Assembly: GCA_010093995.1 (NCBI GenBank)
Contig: ML992512.1
Coordinates: 787,781 to 811,935 of the forward strand
Direction: 5' to 3'
Source: Elsinoe ampelina
Lineage: Eukaryota
DNA: 24,155 nucleotides
Shown: one piece after another, positions 18,885 through 24,155 of the stretch
Numbering within the stretch: the stretch's first letter is position 1
How the letters are laid out: each line of letters opens with the position of its first letter
Program-made: the position numbers and the translations under genes
Notes under the pieces: generated by a model
What the model saw: the letters and a program-made list of their open reading frames with translations, nothing else
Told to the model about the DNA's origin: nothing
The model's database searches: none

Positions 18885-21800
18885 TTACGACCCCACCTTC
18901 TCCACCATCTCCCACCACCCTCTCAGCTCTTTGGCCCTTTCCCTCTCCTCATCACCTATATCGAGTGGTGGACCCCGGATTTCTTCTCTCGGCCCTGATT
19001 TCTTCGCCCAAGCTGGGGTTTTACCACCCTGCTCTCCGTCCTCACCAAAGCGGAACACGCACCAGGCGCTTTCCTCCCCACTGAGGAGGTAAGATCTGCG
19101 ATCGCGGCTCTTGACGTGGAAGGAGCGCAGGAGAACGACGTCTCCTGAAGAGACGGAGGGGAGGCTGGCTTTCCAAGGGCGGAAGACCTCGATGAGGATG
19201 TCTTCTCGGGGATTGGATGGAGAGGTTGAGGCGGACTGGTCGTGTGCATTGGTGTGGAGGTCGTCACCGTTGATCATAGCTTTGCCTTTGCCTTTGCCTT
19301 TGCCCCGACTGTGGTCGTTCCCATTAGGCTTCTCCATGATAGGATCGCCGGCAATTCCGTCGTTAGCAGACACAAATGAATCATTCTTCCTCATCTTGTT
19401 CTCTTGCTCGTGGTGTTCTGGATCCGTCACGTGAAAGAATGTGAACCAGTCCCTCGGGCCACTTCGTGCTCGTTTGACCTCTGCAGAGTCGCTACTGGCA
19501 ATAACGAGGATGTCGACTGTACCTTTGCTGCTACCAAGATGCAAGTCAAGATTGGTGAGCGGCGTAAAGTAGCTCAGCCTGGTAGCTAGACCTTGGCTCT
19601 GTGCGTATCTCTTGAGCTGAGGTGGAGAGATAGATCGATACTTCTTCCGAACCTGTGCTTTCTGTCGCTCTCGCTTCTGAGCCCCGGAAGTGGTAGAGCC
19701 TGCTGGCGCAGTCGAAGATGGTACCTTGGAGGCGTCGTCATGACCATCCGTGGTATGAAAATCAGAAGTCGTACGGCGACGTGAAGTCGAGATCGGGTTT
19801 TTCGGCGAGAACCATGTGGCGAGGGCTTCTGTATTCAAGCTCAGCCGCGAGGAAGGACGGCGTGATACGCGAAGTTCCTTCTTTGGCACTGGCGTCTCCA
19901 TGATCTGCTCAGATGCTTTTGTGATATTGTCTAGACGTGGTTCGGGAAATGTTGATGTAGCAGATTCAGAGTGTTTAGTCACATGTGCTTTCACGAGCTC
20001 ATCCTCTGCTGTCCGATCAGCTTCCAGCTCTGCCAGTAGCTTTTCGTCAAAGTCCTCTTCGTCGGCATCCTGCTTGTCATCATCCTCAGCGATCCTTGAA
20101 AGTTGTGTCAACGGTCGTGAAACAACGCGAGGAGCTTTGTACTGCGTCCCGCCTAGCTCCTGAGATGGCTGTATAGAGTGATCATCATCAGCCAGAACAA
20201 GTCGAGGATATTCCACATCTTCGTGCATGCCTCTCCTGAGTGGACTAGAATCTGGGGCAAGCGTCGTTACTGGTGACTCTACGCTGTCAGGTACAGATTC
20301 TGGACGTGCAGGTATCTGGAGCAGATCTAAGGCTGTCTGTACTGGTGAATAAGATGCCCTGTCTCTGGGCCCAGGACCTGGGTGTGAAGGTTTGGGCGCT
20401 GCTTCTGTAGACTTATGTCGAACCCTCTCGAGGCCGTTGTCTGCTTCTGTCAGGTCGACGACCTCGATCGAAGGTGACCTCAATCGGACGGGCTTCCGTG
20501 TGGCGGCATCTTCCTCTGCCTTTGCTGCTCGCTGCATAATACGCTTCTTAAGCTCCTTCAGAGAGAGCCGATGGTCGGGTGGTGTATTATCAGGCACTGA
20601 TCCCGCCTTGCGATCATCGGGCCATTCTGACTCCGGCGCAATTGTCTGCTCTATCGACCGTGATTTTATTACTTGTTCCCCTGAAACGACTTTGCTGGCC
20701 TCGGGTGAACCATGTTCTGCGCTGTCTGGCCCGACCGGCTCATCAATAGGCATTTCGTGCAAAACAGGAGGCTCTATCGACTGTGCCCGACCGGGAGCTA
20801 TGTTGGATGAAAGCGGAGCCATCGGCATTTGATCTTCTTGAATCAAACGCCCAGTGGACGTGTGCAAAGCTTCGTCCAAAGCGGCGAAAGCCGCATCCTC
20901 GTCCTGACTCAAATGGCCATTTGCGACTGATTCAGCATCTTCAACGACCCCTCGAGATCTTCTAGGTAAGCTCGTACGGCGCGAGAGATGGCTCAAGGAG
21001 GATCCGTCCAGGCCAAAAGGATGTCTGTCGAGCACTGAGGTTCCCGTCTCTTCGGCATATTGGTCAGCCTCTTGTCCTTCAGATAGATTGATCGTGCCAA
21101 ATTCGGTCAAATCAATAGTAGCATCGTCAGGATCAACGATGCTACCAGCTAGTCGTGTTTCTTCTAATCCATGCTCTTCGTCATCGCTTGGCTCTGAGAT
21201 ACCGGATAGCACATCTACCGAGTCGTCAAGTGGGTATCGATCGCTATCAATGATATCAATTCCTTGGTCAGGAATCGCAGGCACTGTGGTTGTGTTGCGT
21301 GTGTTGTCAGATATGGGCGGGCTCTCCGGTGAAGCCTTACCGTCTTCAGAGTCCTCGACACGTTGTGAGGTGGGGATTCTAGCTGTGTCGTCATCTTCTT
21401 CGCTCGATACATCTGCCTCGCTTCCTTCGCTAGGAGAAGCATGGCCTTCAATGTGTCCTTGGATTAGCTCCGCGTCATTGATCGCATCAGCAAGCGGAAC
21501 CGTCTCAGATACGTTTACCGAAGTCTTTGATGAGTCTTCACGTAGGGTATGCTGTGAGTCATTCATTGACCGATCGAAGTAGCCTGAATGCTCAATAATG
21601 GGATTCGTATCTGCCCGGTCGTGAATTGGCAGTCCTTCTGTGAAGCCTATTCCAGACTTCGTAGGTGAGGGATCAAGAGGTGTCTGTGGGAATGGCGAAG
21701 GCAAAGGTAAATTTACGCCGGAGACAGGTCGCAGCTCCGGCGTTGAAGGCTCTTTGGTCTCTTCTTGCCTGCTGAGAATCGTTGTGGATGGCATTTGCAA

Positions 21801-22832
21801 GCGTGGTAAGGGTGGTGGTGCCATTTGGATGCCTCGGTGAGACCGCGATTGCGTGTGACCTTGAGCAATACTGCCTTCTGAATCATCGTCGTTGTCATCC
21901 TCGCTCTCATTGTGGGACTCTGAGTCGGATGGAATTGCGATTGGTGCCTGGGCTTTCTGGCCGTGGGGAAAGGATAACTCAACACCGTGCCCTGATGTTC
22001 TTGGCGACGGAGTCGTAGTAAGATCGGGCTTCAAAGATTCAACCCTCGTGTCTCTGTTGGGCGAAGTAGGAATTCGCTGTGTTGTGTTGCCTAGCGTAAG
22101 GAGTTCCTCTTCATCGCCTTCAGGCGCAGACCTGATATCCCTTGTTGGACTTCCGCCAGCGAATCGCCACTCTGTAACGTTCTTGTAGGATATACGCCTT
22201 CTCTTACTAGCACTATCATTGCCGAAGGATTCCTGCGAATTGGACAAACCAGGCGAGTCCAGGAAATGCTCTTGCGACAGCCTCAATCTCTTCATGAATG
22301 CAGGGCTGGCATAGCCTCCACCAAATGGTGTTCGTAGTCCCAATGCGCCGGCAACACCATTGCGTTGTCTAGGTGTTACAGGTTCTCGTTGTTGCCTTCT
22401 TCGAGGTGAGTCTTGTGGTGTGAGATGCTCCACTTCAATAACGCGACCGTCGACGGCACCAGACGCATCTTCAAGCACCGTAGCTTTAAGTGACCGCTCG
22501 AATAGGAGTTCGGCCTCTACAGCCTTCCCTGGTGTCAAGGTCGCAGCTCTTTCGTCGCGATTTCTCCATGCTGCCTTTGCAAGGTCGATCCGTAGAACAT
22601 CACCTATGCCCAGGCGAGCTTTTGCGAGAGCTTTTGCCGCAGGCCCATGGAAGACTACGCGTACTTGACCGCGATCATAACGCTTTCGAAAGTCTGTGTC
22701 CACAAGCAGAAGCGCGGCGGACTCATGTGAGGACGAGTAAGGCCAGACCAAGGAGATTTCGGCCTTTATTGTTTGACCAACTATGGTCGATTCGAAAGGC
22801 TGGAGGCTCGCGATAGGGACATCGTTCGACAT
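18885..22832 (-). CDS. 1315-aa protein with N- and C-terminal OB-fold-like domains; C-terminal domain resembles POT1/Cdc13 telomeric ssDNA-binding domains; long disordered centre
   Basis: Single exon. N-terminal IKAEISLVWPYSS...LLLVDTDFRKR..RGQVRVVFHG...LGIGDVLRIDL; C-terminal SYFTPL...VDILVI...GPRDWFTFFHVTDP...IEVFRPWKASLPSVSSGDVVLLRSFHV...SAWCVF follows the Pot1 OB1 pattern (TDP, F-x5-LP, GDVxLLR). The middle is S/P/D/E-rich. Confidence 0.75.
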   Translation of the reverse strand: MSNDVPIASLQPFESTIVGQTIKAEISLVWPYSSSHESAALLLVDTDFRKRYDRGQVRVVFHGPAAKALAKARLGIGDVLRIDLAKAAWRNRDERAATLTPGKAVEAELLFERSLKATVLEDASGAVDGRVIEVEHLTPQDSPRRRQQREPVTPRQRNGVAGALGLRTPFGGGYASPAFMKRLRLSQEHFLDSPGLSNSQESFGNDSASKRRRISYKNVTEWRFAGGSPTRDIRSAPEGDEEELLTLGNTTQRIPTSPNRDTRVESLKPDLTTTPSPRTSGHGVELSFPHGQKAQAPIAIPSDSESHNESEDDNDDDSEGSIAQGHTQSRSHRGIQMAPPPLPRLQMPSTTILSRQEETKEPSTPELRPVSGVNLPLPSPFPQTPLDPSPTKSGIGFTEGLPIHDRADTNPIIEHSGYFDRSMNDSQHTLREDSSKTSVNVSETVPLADAINDAELIQGHIEGHASPSEGSEADVSSEEDDDTARIPTSQRVEDSEDGKASPESPPISDNTRNTTTVPAIPDQGIDIIDSDRYPLDDSVDVLSGISEPSDDEEHGLEETRLAGSIVDPDDATIDLTEFGTINLSEGQEADQYAEETGTSVLDRHPFGLDGSSLSHLSRRTSLPRRSRGVVEDAESVANGHLSQDEDAAFAALDEALHTSTGRLIQEDQMPMAPLSSNIAPGRAQSIEPPVLHEMPIDEPVGPDSAEHGSPEASKVVSGEQVIKSRSIEQTIAPESEWPDDRKAGSVPDNTPPDHRLSLKELKKRIMQRAAKAEEDAATRKPVRLRSPSIEVVDLTEADNGLERVRHKSTEAAPKPSHPGPGPRDRASYSPVQTALDLLQIPARPESVPDSVESPVTTLAPDSSPLRRGMHEDVEYPRLVLADDDHSIQPSQELGGTQYKAPRVVSRPLTQLSRIAEDDDKQDADEEDFDEKLLAELEADRTAEDELVKAHVTKHSESATSTFPEPRLDNITKASEQIMETPVPKKELRVSRRPSSRLSLNTEALATWFSPKNPISTSRRRTTSDFHTTDGHDDASKVPSSTAPAGSTTSGAQKRERQKAQVRKKYRSISPPQLKRYAQSQGLATRLSYFTPLTNLDLHLGSSKGTVDILVIASSDSAEVKRARSGPRDWFTFFHVTDPEHHEQENKMRKNDSFVSANDGIAGDPIMEKPNGNDHSRGKGKGKGKAMINGDDLHTNAHDQSASTSPSNPREDILIEVFRPWKASLPSVSSGDVVLLRSFHVKSRDRRSYLLSGEESAWCVFRFGEDGEQGGKTPAWAKKSGPREEIRGPPLDIGDEERERAKELRGWWEMVEKVGS

Positions 22833-23320
22833 TGTTCCATAACAGCTTGTGAGCTACGTGCGCGAACACGTATCGTCGTGAATGTGAGGTTGTCCCTAGG
22901 AATAGATGTTTGCTCGCGCAAGCGCTTGCTGCATGTGAAGTCGAAGCTGGAAGACTCGCTTAAACTTTCTCATGTACAGTAGCTTTCGGCCCTGTTTCAA
23001 CGAAGCTGAGAACACATGTTCAACCAGTCGGCAAAATGTGGGGGCCGTGGGAAAAGCGACTGTCAACCGAGGTATAAGCTGGAGCGCCAAGAAGGACCCT
23101 GATTCAGTTTATCCCCTGGTGGAACTGAACACTTATCCACCACTCCACTAATTCATAATTAAATTGGATGGTTATTGTCTTAATCTATTACTATTAAGAA
23201 GTTCTTTTAATTTAGCTATCTTTTAGTACACTAGGTTAAGTATTTATATAGTTATAATCTACCTTAGTTTAGTAGATTAGGTAGTAATTAATCCTTTTTC
23301 CTCCCCTATATAAGTCAATA

Positions 23321-23331
23321 GTTATAAGCCC
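23321..23331 (+). other. Primer binding site for an initiator tRNA-Met half molecule
   Basis: GTTATAAGCCC matches GTTATGAGCCC (complement of the tRNAi-Met anticodon arm GGGCUCAUAAC) at 10 of 11 bases; the mismatch is a TpG to TpA change typical of RIP. Confidence 0.65.
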
Positions 23332-23488
23332 GGTATAACTACCCCTATATAAGTATATTACTTAGTTACTTAGCTACTCTATTTATTAGTTAATTCTCTA
23401 TTATCTTGCTTTTTAAGCATTAGAATCTGTTAAGAACTGCCTTAATTACAACTATAGGATTTAGGTGTTAATAAAGGGATAAACAACT

Positions 23489-24155
23489 ATAGATACTAAC
23501 ACCTTAATAGCTAGAATACCTATTATTCTTACTACATTAGCTAAATAGGCTAGCTAGCTATATATTATTAAGATAAGAGTATTAAATACTAAGATATAGA
23601 ACCTTATTAATCCCTAGAAGACTATTAAACTAGAGGGGCTCCCTAAGCCTTAGAGGCTAGAAGTAGCAAATATTAACTTCTTAGTACTCTTCTAGATATA
23701 TAAGGAGAAACAAGCATAATATAACAAATAGTATAAGGCCTTAGCTAATTTAGCTAGCCTTATTTAGTTATTAATTACACTATAAGTTCTTACTGTTATT
23801 TAGCTAGAAGGGGATCCTTATCTATAGGCTATCCTTCGAGCCTTAAAGAATAGATTTGCTCTATCTAATATAGCTATATAGCTTAAGGTTAAAGCACTCT
23901 AGAGGAAATAACTCTCTAGTTCTTCCCTATAGAATATAGACTATTAGCTTTAGTAATAGAAAGAGGTTATAAACAAGGCTAAGAACTGTAATCTACTAGA
24001 AGCTTAAGGCTTAAAGCTATAAAGAGACTTCTTACTCTCTATCTCTAAGACTAAACTAGTATTTACTAATAAGTACCTTATTAATCTAGATTTACTAACT
24101 CTACTAACTATGCTTAAACTAATTACTAAATTTAGATAGTTCTATAAACTTTATA
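23489..24155 (+). pseudogene. RIP-inactivated copia-type gag
   Basis: One frame reads IPIILTTLAK*AS*LYIIKIRVLNTKI*NLINP...YKEKQA*YNK*YKALANLASLI*...DPYL*AILRALKNRFALSN...*NIDY*L**...RDFLLSI. Stops are TAG/TAA, which can derive from TGG/CAG/CAA. Restoring them gives W-x2-W, WxLIxP, LRALKNRFAPSD and WLQQWE-like segments resembling fungal copia Gag. Confidence 0.7.

Larger units (their letters stand above)
23150..24155 (+). mobile_element. RIP-degenerated Ty1/copia LTR retrotransposon (5' LTR, PBS, gag start), truncated by the window edge
   Basis: Abrupt switch to AT-rich DNA with abundant TpA and very little CpA/TpG. A candidate LTR end TCAATA (from TCAACA) at 23315-23320 is followed by a PBS and a stop-riddled gag-like frame. 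The left boundary is uncertain (about 23150-23195). Confidence 0.85.

Noticed and set aside
19281..19304. (TTTGCC)n repeat encoding KGKGKGK, echoing the Trm61 GK tail
   Set aside because: Common slippage microsatellite with different codons; no evidence of shared origin.
23150..24155. AT-rich end as a telomere or centromere next to a Pot1-like gene
   Set aside because: No tandem TTAGGG/CCCTAA array; explained by a RIP-mutated retroelement. Chromosomal position cannot be judged from this window.
1..24155. CRISPR arrays, rRNA, tRNA genes or prokaryotic defence systems
   Set aside because: None seen by eye; the window is intron-containing fungal DNA. A covariance-model scan would be needed to exclude small ncRNAs.

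Overview
Eukaryotic DNA from a filamentous ascomycete (short GT-AG introns with CTRAC/CTAAC branch sites, a RIP-mutated repeat). From left to right: (1) a secreted cellobiose-dehydrogenase-type cytochrome b (AA8) gene running off the left edge, missed by the ORF track; (2) a Zn2Cys6/fungal-specific transcription factor whose zinc-cluster intron appears to have lost its AG acceptor; (3) a 4-exon AA9 lytic polysaccharide monooxygenase; (4) housekeeping genes TRM61/GCD14, cysteinyl-tRNA synthetase, NOB1 and VPS1; (5) an unrecognised 372-aa ORF ending in a PTS1-type AKL; (6) a secreted type-B carboxylesterase; (7) a 1315-aa protein with terminal OB-fold-like domains; (8) a RIP-destroyed Ty1/copia element with a readable half-tRNA primer site and gag frame. 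The most interesting observations are the AA8-TF-LPMO triad (electron donor, regulator and oxidase within 6 kb), three or four strand-symmetric C-rich to G-rich skew switches at 3' ends of convergent genes, and clustered Gcn4/CpcA-type sites in the short TRM61(GCD14)/CysRS divergent promoter. All gene models were built by hand; family calls come from motif recognition, not database searches.
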